DNA from: a virus
Taxonomy: Duplodnaviria > Caudoviricetes
Length of the DNA stretch: 64,000 nucleotides
Strand: one strand, 5' to 3'
IMG/VR virus record: IMGVR_UViG_3300037634_004069
Location: 14,763 to 78,762 of that record
Shown piece by piece: positions 18,210 to 29,043 of this stretch (position 1 is its first letter; each line of letters opens with the position of its first letter). Position numbers and translations under genes: made by a program. The notes beneath the pieces were generated by a model. It was given only the letters and a program-made list of their open reading frames with translations. It was not told the DNA's origin and searched no databases.

Positions 18210-21200
18210 ATGGCTGAAGAAGGAAACAGAGTATTAAGATTTATAAGGGGGCTATTTAAAGATACGGCTCACGTAGATCAGCCCCCAGGCTCGTTAAGAT
18301 TCGCACGTAATGCGAGTATAAACAATACTACTGGAGCTGTGTCTAACGAGCCCGGTAATATAAAAATAGAATCACTGCCTGTAGGGGCTGTTGTAATAGG
18401 AACTATTCCTCTTACAAGCAATGATATAGCTCTGTTTTTAAAAGTGGGGGATGATTCTATAATAGGTATTTATAGAAATAGCGCATACCAAACTATACTT
18501 AATCTGCAACCGGTTTTAAATGGTAATGATACAGATTTAAACTTTCAAACTTCGCACCCTATACAAGGAACATTTAAAGAACAGGGGGATGGAGATCTTA
18601 TGGTATATTGGACAGATGATCTTAACCCCCCTAGAGTTCTTAATATAACTAGACAAAGAGTTGTTTCTCCTAATACCATATACGGAATAAATGCTATGAA
18701 TTCCCCCGATGTAGCTTTTATAAACAAATTAAATTTATTCCCCCATTCTGGACCAGTTCCTCATGTAGAGTTAATAAATGTATTTAGCGGTGGGGGATGT
18801 CTTACAGGTGTATATTATATAACTCTTGCTTATACGGATACAGATATAGTTACAACAAACTATTTAACTGTAGCTAATCCGGTTTCAATTGTAGATGATC
18901 CAGAAGGAATAGCCCCTATAGAAAGTTATGATGGAGCTGAACCAGGAATATTAACTGGTAAATCTCTTACTTGGGAAGTATCAAACATAAATACTGATAT
19001 GAAATATTTATCAGTTCAGATACTTCAAAAAATAGAAGGGGTTATAACTGCTGTTAGACTTCATGATATAGAGATAGATAACAGAGATAGATTTCTTGTA
19101 ACATATAGTGGAGAAGAGTCTCAAGCCACATCTTCTGTAGATGCTGTTACTATAGATATGCCAGAGTATTTAACTGCTAAAACAATGGAGCAGTTAGATA
19201 GTGTTCTTTATTTAGGAAACCTTACTTCTGATACAGACATAGGATATCAAAAATATGCTAATTATATAAAATCTGAAGCAGTAGTATTAAAAGGTGAAGA
19301 TGTTTTTGATCCTTTTGATCCTATGGTCATTACACAAAGTTTTTTTGATTTAAAAAAATCTGACACTATTCACTCCCAGGATTCTGATGCTATACAACAC
19401 GGATATAGATATCCAAAAAATATTTATAAATATAAAGGATATACTAGAGAAGAAGTATATGCATTTTACATAGCATTCATTCTTAAATCAGGAAGGATGT
19501 CTTATGCCTATCATATCCCTGGAAGACAACCTTTAACAGATGTAAATCCTGATGATGTTAACGAACTTATGGGGGATTGGAATCCTGCATTAGTAAATGA
19601 AGGATTATCTCTTTATGATAATGGAAATGGACATATAGGTGATTGGCAATTAATAAGTTTAACAGGGGGTCAGCAACCTCAAGGGTATGCATTCCATTTC
19701 TATGATTTTTCTCATTTGCATTCTCGCCATATGAACTACTGGCATAATCTGCATGAGTTTTATCCTAATAATGATAATTTTCTTTCTGTAGATGCTGAAA
19801 CAGGGTCTACTTATGAAGACTTAAGATCACAAAATGTAAGGCACCATAGATTCCCATCTAATAGAAATTCAGAGTTTACCACTGTAAAAAGTACAGATGC
19901 TCAAGTATTTGAAAGTGCAGAAAACGATAAAAAAGCCACTGTACATTGGTTTTGGTATGGTGAGTTTGATAATAATGATGAAGTGCTAAGAGGACGTTAT
20001 CCTACAGAAAATCCTAATGAAGCACAATGGTGGCAAAATAATAATTATGGCACCCCTATGGGAGGAACAGGATCAGGTCATGATACTGATCGTGATAGTT
20101 CTCCTCAAGATGATCCTGGTTACTGGTACAGAGGTTTCTTTTTTAATAACGGACCTGCTAATGGTCCATTTCCTAATTCTACTCATTATGGTGGAAATCC
20201 ACACTCTCCTGTAGGTTTAGGAGGCACTCCTAATGATGTTACTTCTGAAGCTCCAAACGGTCAAAGTAATACTCAAAATTCTTGTTGGCCACCATCAGCC
20301 GCGTATTTTTTTAATTGGCCCACTAATACAAATCCAAACCAACCCTTAAATGATGTGTGGGAAACAGAAATAACTGAATGGTCAGATTTAACATTTGTAT
20401 ATGATACAAATCCTCCAGAGGGAATGAGATTAAGATTACAATACGACTGGGTTCCGAATCTTTTTGAACCGAATAGTAGACCTCACTGTTGGGGTAAGTC
20501 TTGGGGTACTGTGGCCGGACATAGTGGAGAAGACGTTCTTTTAACTGATGTATCAGGAGATTTAGGTAACGGCACAAGGCCGGGATGGGCAGCTTGGGTA
20601 GAACCAGATACACCTATACCAGATGAAAATGAAAATATTCCTTTAACACACCATGTTCAACCTTTAGGAATTAAATTTTGTGATATAAAAATACCTAAGT
20701 CCATTGCAGATAAAGTGCAGGGATTTAGAATTTATTATGCAGATAGAACTCACGAGCAAAGAACTGTACTAGGTCAAGCCCCTGTACACCCTATGGAATA
20801 TAGGCACCAAATGGATCCATCTAAATGTGATACTGGAGGATTGGGCCAAGGAAAATTCAATTATTGGTTACAAAACGGACAACCTGCTCCTGTAAACATA
20901 AGGGCTCCTTGGGCCCACGAAGTTTATTCTTTTCATGATTTTTATTTATTAAATAGACACCCCTCATTAGCAGCTGCTACACATATAAAACTTCAATATA
21001 TTTTGTGTATGGCAAATTTTAAAGGATCTGTAAGATATAATAAAGATGGTAAATACACCGACACTAGTACCCAGAATCAAGAACCTTTTTATACTTGTAG
21101 AAAACCAGAGGTTATAACTTCTTTTCATATATCAGGAGATCAGTTTAGAATACAAGGAATAGATCAAAGATTAAATTACATTCTCGACGATAAGTCAAAA

Positions 21201-23531
21201 GCTTATGTTTTAGGAGATACTATTTATGAAGGAACACATCAAGGATTTAAATACGATATATACAATCAAGGGGGACAAACTCATATTGCTATAAAGCCAA
21301 AAAGATGGTTACCTCAGTTAGTCTCTAATCCAAGCAGCTCTTGGAGAGATCAAAGAAGTGAAGGTGCAAACACTGAATTTGTATCTTATACTACAAATTC
21401 TTGGGAAATGGATGATCAGGGAAATCAAATTCCTGGAAATCCTGAAGCTTATGACGGACTTCAATTATACTTAACAAACCTTAAAGCATTTAAATCTGAT
21501 GTATATAATGCTGTAGACTCACAAAATCTTGTATGGACAGGATATGAAGTAGTAGGAGATGACTTAAATAGATTTATTCTAGATGAGAATGATTCTCCTG
21601 TATATAGTGGATCAGATCTATTTTGTACTGATGATGTATATGGGGGCGATACTTATATAACTAGGTATGGTTATAGAATGACTGCCAGAGAAGAAGTTAG
21701 TTCAACTCCAGATGCAAATCAATCTAAAGATATAAAGTCTGTTATAGCTTGTATTACTGAAAGCACAGAAAATATAAACTACAGGCATATAAATAATGAT
21801 GATGAACCTTATTTTCCAGGTGCTGCTTTAAAATCTGTACTAGATGCAGATGCAAGAATAGATCTTCATTATAACCCAGATCTTACTACAGGAAAAATAA
21901 GATACAATGAAGACTACTCATCTATAAATAATATCAAAGTTGTACTACCTTTCCCTTTTGTACTTGAGCAACCAGAAAATCATCCTGTAAGAATTATACG
22001 TTCTTCTAAAACAACATCCTCTTACTTATCAGACAACTATAGAATATACTCATTTGGTGAATTAAGAGAGCTTAATAATAGATATGGGGAACTTTGGAAG
22101 ATAACCGCTGTAGGTAATCTTTTATTATTCCACATGGAAGACGCTTTGTATCAAACAAAGGGTAAGCAAAAAATGAAAGTTTCTGAAGGCAATGAAGCTT
22201 TTATTGGTCAGGGAGATATTTTTACTCAAGAACCGGATTTAGTGCAACACACAGACTCTGGATATTTAGGTACAAGATCTCAATTTGCAAATATTGTTAC
22301 ACCTCAAGGATACTTTTTTATTGATAATATTGATAGGAAGATGTTTCTTTTAGGTAAAGGAGCAGAAGAACTTTCAGGTGAAAAATATGGTATGTCAAAT
22401 TGGTTGCAAGACAATATGCCATATGCTTTAGAAGATTATGGGTTTCACGGTAAGACAGACAGTTTTATTACAGGTATGGGATTTCATGCAGTGTACGATG
22501 AAAGATTCTCAAGGATTATAATAACAAAAAGAGATCTTGTACCAACAGCTGCTTTTATAGGAGAATGGAGTGGGTCTTATACATCACTTGTTGCTGCTAC
22601 GCAAAACGGTGCTTCAGGCATAGTTTACGTTAATGGAACATATTATAAGTGGACAACAACAAGCGAAAACTTATCTTCTTGGCAACCTATAGATCTTGAT
22701 AACACACAAATAACAGGATCAAGAGACGATTTATTTGAAAGAAAGTCTTGGACTATCTCTTTTGTTTTTTCTAGTATGGTTCAAAACAAACTAGGTTCTT
22801 GGGAGAGTTTTCACGACTATGTTCCTTATATGTATTCTTATTCTGGAATAGATGTGTTTTCTTTTACTGAAAGCACAGATCCAGATATTCAAAGAGGTAT
22901 ATGGAGGCACAACGACTACAATAATATGGGTAATTTTTATGGAACCATTTACCCATTCGAAATAGAAGTAATATCCAATATGGTTCCGAATATCGATAAG
23001 GTATTCAACAGTTTTAGTTTTCTTGTAGATACAAAAGAGTATAACTCTCAGTATAAACTTTATAACAATGACTTAAACTCTGGATTTACTTCTTATATTA
23101 CATATAATTCAGATATGCTTTCCGGCGAGCATCCGTTAGAGTATCTGATAAATACCAGAAGAATAGGTACAGACTGGAAAGTAAACCAGTTTAGGGATAT
23201 GTCTAAAGAAATTACTGATGCAAGTAACTACTATACAGGCATAACAACACCATTCACTGGTACAAACTACATAACACAAGGACAAAACCTTTTTGGTGGT
23301 TCTAACGCAGGAACTGTAACTGCAATAACAGACCGCATGTTCTCCACTGCAACAACAGAAGCCTACCATGAACCAATGAATGTTAACTATATAGACTCTA
23401 ATAAAGAGTGGTATAAACAAAGCAAATTCATAGACAAATACATGGGTATAAGACTCTCATGTAGTAATGAAGCAAACAATTTGGTAAATTTGTATACAGT
23501 GCTTGCAGACTTTAGACCTTATAAACGATGA
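18210..23531 (+). CDS. Muzzle / tail stabilisation protein (P22 gp10-like role), crAss-like
   Basis: 1773 aa; YWTDDLNPPR.LNI, GY..EEVYAFYI, VRHHRFP, LGI.F, GGDTYI and WTIS...W.SFHDY.P motifs; position before the cargo genes. Confidence 0.75.
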   Translation: MAEEGNRVLRFIRGLFKDTAHVDQPPGSLRFARNASINNTTGAVSNEPGNIKIESLPVGAVVIGTIPLTSNDIALFLKVGDDSIIGIYRNSAYQTILNLQPVLNGNDTDLNFQTSHPIQGTFKEQGDGDLMVYWTDDLNPPRVLNITRQRVVSPNTIYGINAMNSPDVAFINKLNLFPHSGPVPHVELINVFSGGGCLTGVYYITLAYTDTDIVTTNYLTVANPVSIVDDPEGIAPIESYDGAEPGILTGKSLTWEVSNINTDMKYLSVQILQKIEGVITAVRLHDIEIDNRDRFLVTYSGEESQATSSVDAVTIDMPEYLTAKTMEQLDSVLYLGNLTSDTDIGYQKYANYIKSEAVVLKGEDVFDPFDPMVITQSFFDLKKSDTIHSQDSDAIQHGYRYPKNIYKYKGYTREEVYAFYIAFILKSGRMSYAYHIPGRQPLTDVNPDDVNELMGDWNPALVNEGLSLYDNGNGHIGDWQLISLTGGQQPQGYAFHFYDFSHLHSRHMNYWHNLHEFYPNNDNFLSVDAETGSTYEDLRSQNVRHHRFPSNRNSEFTTVKSTDAQVFESAENDKKATVHWFWYGEFDNNDEVLRGRYPTENPNEAQWWQNNNYGTPMGGTGSGHDTDRDSSPQDDPGYWYRGFFFNNGPANGPFPNSTHYGGNPHSPVGLGGTPNDVTSEAPNGQSNTQNSCWPPSAAYFFNWPTNTNPNQPLNDVWETEITEWSDLTFVYDTNPPEGMRLRLQYDWVPNLFEPNSRPHCWGKSWGTVAGHSGEDVLLTDVSGDLGNGTRPGWAAWVEPDTPIPDENENIPLTHHVQPLGIKFCDIKIPKSIADKVQGFRIYYADRTHEQRTVLGQAPVHPMEYRHQMDPSKCDTGGLGQGKFNYWLQNGQPAPVNIRAPWAHEVYSFHDFYLLNRHPSLAAATHIKLQYILCMANFKGSVRYNKDGKYTDTSTQNQEPFYTCRKPEVITSFHISGDQFRIQGIDQRLNYILDDKSKAYVLGDTIYEGTHQGFKYDIYNQGGQTHIAIKPKRWLPQLVSNPSSSWRDQRSEGANTEFVSYTTNSWEMDDQGNQIPGNPEAYDGLQLYLTNLKAFKSDVYNAVDSQNLVWTGYEVVGDDLNRFILDENDSPVYSGSDLFCTDDVYGGDTYITRYGYRMTAREEVSSTPDANQSKDIKSVIACITESTENINYRHINNDDEPYFPGAALKSVLDADARIDLHYNPDLTTGKIRYNEDYSSINNIKVVLPFPFVLEQPENHPVRIIRSSKTTSSYLSDNYRIYSFGELRELNNRYGELWKITAVGNLLLFHMEDALYQTKGKQKMKVSEGNEAFIGQGDIFTQEPDLVQHTDSGYLGTRSQFANIVTPQGYFFIDNIDRKMFLLGKGAEELSGEKYGMSNWLQDNMPYALEDYGFHGKTDSFITGMGFHAVYDERFSRIIITKRDLVPTAAFIGEWSGSYTSLVAATQNGASGIVYVNGTYYKWTTTSENLSSWQPIDLDNTQITGSRDDLFERKSWTISFVFSSMVQNKLGSWESFHDYVPYMYSYSGIDVFSFTESTDPDIQRGIWRHNDYNNMGNFYGTIYPFEIEVISNMVPNIDKVFNSFSFLVDTKEYNSQYKLYNNDLNSGFTSYITYNSDMLSGEHPLEYLINTRRIGTDWKVNQFRDMSKEITDASNYYTGITTPFTGTNYITQGQNLFGGSNAGTVTAITDRMFSTATTEAYHEPMNVNYIDSNKEWYKQSKFIDKYMGIRLSCSNEANNLVNLYTVLADFRPYKR

Positions 23532-26500
23532 AAAAAAAGAAACGACTCTTACAAATGTATCGTAATGGTACTGATCCTAGAACAACCACTGCACCTGCAT
23601 CTACTTCAGCAACTAATATTCCACCTATAAACGTAGAAAATATTATAGCTCAAGATGCAGTTATGAAGCAAAGAGCAGCAAATAATGCAGACGTACAAAG
23701 GTTAATACAATCTGGAGTAATTAAACCTCAAGTACAACAAAACCCTGGAACAATAGATTATCGTGCGTCTGATAGAAGGTCTGCTAACTATGTTGGTAAT
23801 CCTAACTTAGGGTTTTTAGGTAATAGAGTAGGGGAGTCTCCAGCATTTAGACGTAGTAGAGAGGATGCTTTTAATACAGAGACTGCAGCAGAATTAATAT
23901 TTGCAGGTGCAGCAGGTATAGCTACAGGTATAAGAACCGCTAAAGCTGCAAAAACTGCTGCTGCATATAAACAAGAGTTAAGCCAATTTGTAGATCCTAA
24001 AATTCTAGATGCTTTAGAAAATGAAGGTAAAAACTTAAAAGACTTAGGAGTAAGCGACTTTACTAAAAAGCATGATCAAATGGTAGCTGATGTTTATGGT
24101 GAACACGGTCCATCTATAATTAGTGATGCTCAAAAACATTTTTTAGAGACAGGTCAAAAACAACCTATAGCTAGCGCTTATAGTATGCCAGATGCCAGTT
24201 TACAAGAAGTATTAGATGCTAGAGACATGGCTCAATGGAAAGCAGCAGGCAAAGAAGGATTAACAGATGAAATGGCAAGCACATATGCTGAAAGGCAACT
24301 AGGAAAACAATTTTCAGAAGAAAGGCTTGCTAGAGAAGTAGCAAAGAATGAAGCTAATTTAGCAGATTATCAAAGACGAGTAGCTGCATTAGATCCTAAA
24401 GGACCCGTTCAAGTTAGTGAAGGTGTATTTAGACCTTTTAAAGTTGATAAAATTCCTAGGTCAGAAAGAATAGACCCTTGGAATCCAGACTTGGGAGAAT
24501 TATCTGGGAGTCCTGCACATCAAATTCAAGTAGAGCAAGCAATTAATAGGAACCGATTAATTAGAAAAGCTGAAGATAAAATAGCAGGTAGCGGCGAAGC
24601 TATGGGGTTAGACATCCCATTAAATAGTTCTATTGATGCAGGAGAAGAAGCTTTAAGAGGTTATACAGATCCTAAAGCAGATCTATTACATGATATATTT
24701 GGTGATGGTACAAAAAAAAGACCATCTTTTGATTTTAGAAGTAAAGATTATATATATGATCCTGCAAAAACATTCCCAGTAAGTTTAAATAAATACGGGG
24801 GAACTCGAGAAGATGGTCTACCTAAATATAAGTATGGATCTGAACCAGATCCTTATACAACCTGGGCACCAGATTTGGGAGAAGATGCAGGCCAAGGCAT
24901 TAAAGCAGGTGATACGGGAAATAACAAATGGATGAAAAATGCTGGAAATGCAGCTTTAGCTGTAGGAACATCTATAATTTCAAGTTTTACAGACAGTAAA
25001 GCTGAAATGGAAGCTTTTCAGAAAGCAAAAAGAGGGAATTTTAATTACAACCTTTTTAATGCAAAAAGACAAGCAGATATGTTAGATGATTCAAGGTATC
25101 GTAGTGATTATACATATGGTACTCCTACATATAAAATGGGAGGTGAATTACCAAAGTATCAAATAGGAGGGCAAGATTATTCTGGACAATGGAATACGAC
25201 TGTTCAAGAAGAAAACCCTTACACTTATACTCCAGAAGTTAATAATATTAGCAGTCCTCAACTTCAATCTGAACAAATAGCAGAAGGTGTTGATCAGACT
25301 GTAGAAGTCGGGTTAGCTCAGGCTATTCCTGCACTAGGTGCGGCTTTTATGGCAAGAGACGTAATTCAACAAGATATCCTAGGCCAAAAATCTGGTAGAT
25401 TAAAAGATGGTGAAGAAGTAAAGTATTATGCTACAAAAGAGGATGCAGCTAAGGGTTCTATAACAACAGCGCATCATACCCAAGCGATTGATCATGCAAA
25501 AAAAGGAGACTGGGGTAGAGCAACATTAACTCTGTTTGGGGGCCCTATTGGAATAATCGCTGATGCAGTAGACAACGTGAATAAATCAGAAAAGTATAAT
25601 CAAGAACAAAAACAACTCGCAAGAGAAAGAGCAACTTCACAAGGTGGAACATCAGATAAAAACTTTATGGGGCATAATCAACAATCTCTTAGAAGTGTTG
25701 AAGGCGAAATTGCAACTCCAAGAGGGTTTCAAGAAAAGGCTGCATACGATATGAGTATGGCAAAATATGGAGGAACTATGAAAGACTTATACAGAAAAGG
25801 TGGGTATTTACCTAGATATAGATATGGAGGAATGATGGCAACAGGAGGCGTTTCTCGAAACAAAGCCAATGCAGAACTTGAAAAAGATGAAATCATTATG
25901 CGAGACGGTGGACCAGATGAACTTGTTGTAGGAGCTACACATGAAAAAGGTGGTGTACCAGAAGTCTTAAATGAAGGAGATTATGTATGGTCTGATCATC
26001 TTACTTATAAAGGAAGATCAATGGCTCAACTATATGCAACAGCTGTAAAAAACGGTGCTACTCCACAAGAGATAGATCAACTTAAAATGCTTCAAGAAAA
26101 ACTAGCAGGACGTGCTGGAAGTGCTCAACAGGCAAAAGATATGATGGCACCTCCTCCTGTACTTGTGGGAAAATACGGAGGGTCTCTTCCTAAATATAAA
26201 AGAGGAACAGGAGAGTTATCTGGGTTTAAACGTTGGACAAATTCAGGTGGACATTTACCATATATACAAGCAGCAGCAGGTATAGCAGGAGCTATCACTG
26301 CGGCTACGACAAAAAGAGATGATGTTGAAATTAGAAAACCTGTAGTAGTAGAAGCAGATACAATTAGCAATGATCGTTTTAATCCTAGAGCATACTTAGA
26401 AGAAAACCAAAGAAACTATATAAAAAGGTTTGAAGCTGCTCAACAAAAAGGTTATGGTACAGGACTTGAAGCTTCTGCACAACTAGCATATAATGATAAA

Positions 26501-26929
26501 GTAGCTGCAGATAATAAAGTACAAGCAGAGGCAAATAAAATTAATTTGGCTGCATCTATTAATGAGAATACTGAAAACGCTAAAAATGAACTTGAGGCAA
26601 ATAAAACAAATGCAGCTGCTTGGGAAAGGTATAACGTAAGACTTGAAGAAGAGGATAGAGCACAAGATGAATTTAAAAGACAGCGTACACAAGCTATAAT
26701 AGACCCTCTAGTTACAGAAACAAGAAATATAGTTCAGACAGATCTAGGTATGCGAGAAATAGGAGCTATTGGAGAGGGTGCCGGAACTAATGAAAGAGGC
26801 GCTGGATTTAGTGAAGTTTTGGCTAGACAGCAAATAAAAGCTGCAAATCCTACTATCTCAGATGAGGATTTAAAGAAAGCGGTAAATAAAGCTGAAGCAG
26901 ATTATAATGAAAAGCACGGACTTGGATAA
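23528..26929 (+). CDS. Cargo/ejection protein with repeated GGxLP(K/R)Y motifs and Gly/Ala hydrophobic segments
   Basis: Motifs at 24791, 25133, 25763-25831 and 26171; NAELE..E...VGATHEKGGV segment; several GA-rich hydrophobic stretches. Confidence 0.65.
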   Translation: MKKKKRLLQMYRNGTDPRTTTAPASTSATNIPPINVENIIAQDAVMKQRAANNADVQRLIQSGVIKPQVQQNPGTIDYRASDRRSANYVGNPNLGFLGNRVGESPAFRRSREDAFNTETAAELIFAGAAGIATGIRTAKAAKTAAAYKQELSQFVDPKILDALENEGKNLKDLGVSDFTKKHDQMVADVYGEHGPSIISDAQKHFLETGQKQPIASAYSMPDASLQEVLDARDMAQWKAAGKEGLTDEMASTYAERQLGKQFSEERLAREVAKNEANLADYQRRVAALDPKGPVQVSEGVFRPFKVDKIPRSERIDPWNPDLGELSGSPAHQIQVEQAINRNRLIRKAEDKIAGSGEAMGLDIPLNSSIDAGEEALRGYTDPKADLLHDIFGDGTKKRPSFDFRSKDYIYDPAKTFPVSLNKYGGTREDGLPKYKYGSEPDPYTTWAPDLGEDAGQGIKAGDTGNNKWMKNAGNAALAVGTSIISSFTDSKAEMEAFQKAKRGNFNYNLFNAKRQADMLDDSRYRSDYTYGTPTYKMGGELPKYQIGGQDYSGQWNTTVQEENPYTYTPEVNNISSPQLQSEQIAEGVDQTVEVGLAQAIPALGAAFMARDVIQQDILGQKSGRLKDGEEVKYYATKEDAAKGSITTAHHTQAIDHAKKGDWGRATLTLFGGPIGIIADAVDNVNKSEKYNQEQKQLARERATSQGGTSDKNFMGHNQQSLRSVEGEIATPRGFQEKAAYDMSMAKYGGTMKDLYRKGGYLPRYRYGGMMATGGVSRNKANAELEKDEIIMRDGGPDELVVGATHEKGGVPEVLNEGDYVWSDHLTYKGRSMAQLYATAVKNGATPQEIDQLKMLQEKLAGRAGSAQQAKDMMAPPPVLVGKYGGSLPKYKRGTGELSGFKRWTNSGGHLPYIQAAAGIAGAITAATTKRDDVEIRKPVVVEADTISNDRFNPRAYLEENQRNYIKRFEAAQQKGYGTGLEASAQLAYNDKVAADNKVQAEANKINLAASINENTENAKNELEANKTNAAAWERYNVRLEEEDRAQDEFKRQRTQAIIDPLVTETRNIVQTDLGMREIGAIGEGAGTNERGAGFSEVLARQQIKAANPTISDEDLKKAVNKAEADYNEKHGLG

Positions 26930-26938
26930 ATAGAACTT

Positions 26939-29023
26939 ATGGCAGAGCAATACGATTTTTTTAAACCTTATGAGGGTATGGATTTTGATCTTACCCCTTT
27001 AAAGAATGCGGCCACTCTTAGAAGAGATAGGTACGATGCTAATCAGCAGAAATACTATGATCAAAAAAATCTTTTAGATAGTATAAGAGTAGGCCCAGGA
27101 GATGAGTATTTAAAATATAATGCTCAACAAGACATAGAGGATATGTTCCAAGGGAATCTTAGTTTTGAATCATTAGATGATACTATATTTCAAATGAGTA
27201 ACAGAATAGCAGGAGATACTAATCTTGCGGGTGCTCTAGAAAATGCTGCTATTTATAAAAAAATGAAGGCTGATAAAGCTACTTCTCGTGCAAATCAAAA
27301 ACCAGTAATAGATTATAATGAAAAGATTGCTAGAGATCCTATTACAAATGAAATAATTACAAAAACACTTCCTGATGGTCGTATAGTACCTGAAACAGAA
27401 CACCTTTTTGATACATGGTCCTATGAGCATCAAGGAACTATAGTACCTAATGTGGTACCTATAATGGATTACGGTGCAAAGATGCAAGCTCTTATGGCTA
27501 ATATTGAATCTAATCCTGTATTACTACAAAAAGTAAGGCAATTACCAGGATTAAGCGGTGCAACTTTAGCTGATATTAAAATGTATTTAATGGAAGGAGA
27601 TGCTGTATCAGATGAAAAAGTTGCATTAGTTGCAGGGGCAATTAAAGATGTATACTTAAACACTCCAGAGGGTATGCAGCATATGGATCTTCTTACAGAG
27701 CGTACTCTTTTTCCAGGAACTAATGAGTTATATACAACTGATATGGCTGAAGCTGAGATTGAAAGATTACTTGCACAATCAGCAGCACCTCAGATAGGAG
27801 AAAAGCTTAATTATATTTCTAACACAAAAAGAGTTATTGACGCTAAAAAAGATCCACCACCTCCACCTTCAGCTCCACCTTTAGAAAGAGATTGGGGATT
27901 TGTACCATCTGATATACAATTAGCTGTAGGAGATAAGTTTGAGTTCTTAGATGACATGTTTGATACAAAAGGAGCATCAACTAATATATATAAAATTGAA
28001 CACCCAACCGCTGGAAAAGTTGGAGCATGGACAGAAACAAAAAATATTACAGATGCTGATAAAATAAGAATAGATAAACTTCTTAAAGATGCAGGAGGCA
28101 TTGGTAATCTATCTAAAGGTGAAATAAGTAGAAATAAAAGTCTTATAACTAGTTGGATGCTGACACAGCCTACAAGGACAGCACCTGCTTTTGCAGGTAT
28201 GACCGATAGAGAGTATGCAGAAGCTTACTGGCAAGCTTTACGAAGTTCTCCTGGAGACCTTACATATGCATTTAATACTGCTCAAGAAGAATTGATGCTT
28301 AATAAAGTAGGAAAAGAGGTTTTTGCAGGCCCTGTAACTTACAAGGGTAAAAGATATGATTTAGGAAAACCTAACGAAGTAGATGCATTGGCTCATGCTA
28401 TAGATGAGGAGAGGACGACGCCGTTTCATGGAGAAGGTGATATAAAGACAGAAATAATGGCTATGCTTACCTCTGGAAAATACAATGATGGGACAAACGA
28501 TTTTATACCTAACTATACTTTTAATAAAGCTGGTAAAGACGCAGGAGCATTTAGAATAGATTTACCAATACCAAAAGAAGGAAATCACACTTTATACGCT
28601 GCGCCTTATGTGCAGCAAACTAAAGGGTTTGCTGTTGTACAAAGTATTTACAAACAACTTCTAAGTAAAGATCTTCAAGCAAGTGGAGGTACAGAATTAA
28701 CTGGTCCAGATGCAGCTGAGTTTTTAAATATTTTAGTAGGAATAGATCCTGCAAAGGCTCCTAAGAGTTATTGGGTTAGAAATAAAATGATGCGAGCATG
28801 TGATGCATGTGAGTATCAAATTGTACCAGCTCTTACAGACGAGGATGGAAAAGTAATTTCAATTTCTGATGGTGCAGGAAACACTAGAAGACTTGAAGGA
28901 ATGTTTTGGGTAGATTTCTTATCTAAATCAGCAACTTATAATATGGTAAATGCTAATAGAGGTACTATTTTAGGGGTATTGTTTGATGAACAAAAGCCAG
29001 TAAGAAGTACAATATTTAATTAA
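26939..29023 (+). CDS. Putative cargo/ejection protein
   Basis: 694-aa helical ORF between the cargo and RNAP genes; polyproline linker DPPPPPSAPP. Confidence 0.5.
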   Translation: MAEQYDFFKPYEGMDFDLTPLKNAATLRRDRYDANQQKYYDQKNLLDSIRVGPGDEYLKYNAQQDIEDMFQGNLSFESLDDTIFQMSNRIAGDTNLAGALENAAIYKKMKADKATSRANQKPVIDYNEKIARDPITNEIITKTLPDGRIVPETEHLFDTWSYEHQGTIVPNVVPIMDYGAKMQALMANIESNPVLLQKVRQLPGLSGATLADIKMYLMEGDAVSDEKVALVAGAIKDVYLNTPEGMQHMDLLTERTLFPGTNELYTTDMAEAEIERLLAQSAAPQIGEKLNYISNTKRVIDAKKDPPPPPSAPPLERDWGFVPSDIQLAVGDKFEFLDDMFDTKGASTNIYKIEHPTAGKVGAWTETKNITDADKIRIDKLLKDAGGIGNLSKGEISRNKSLITSWMLTQPTRTAPAFAGMTDREYAEAYWQALRSSPGDLTYAFNTAQEELMLNKVGKEVFAGPVTYKGKRYDLGKPNEVDALAHAIDEERTTPFHGEGDIKTEIMAMLTSGKYNDGTNDFIPNYTFNKAGKDAGAFRIDLPIPKEGNHTLYAAPYVQQTKGFAVVQSIYKQLLSKDLQASGGTELTGPDAAEFLNILVGIDPAKAPKSYWVRNKMMRACDACEYQIVPALTDEDGKVISISDGAGNTRRLEGMFWVDFLSKSATYNMVNANRGTILGVLFDEQKPVRSTIFN

Positions 29024-29043
29024 AATCTTTAATTGCAAATAGT

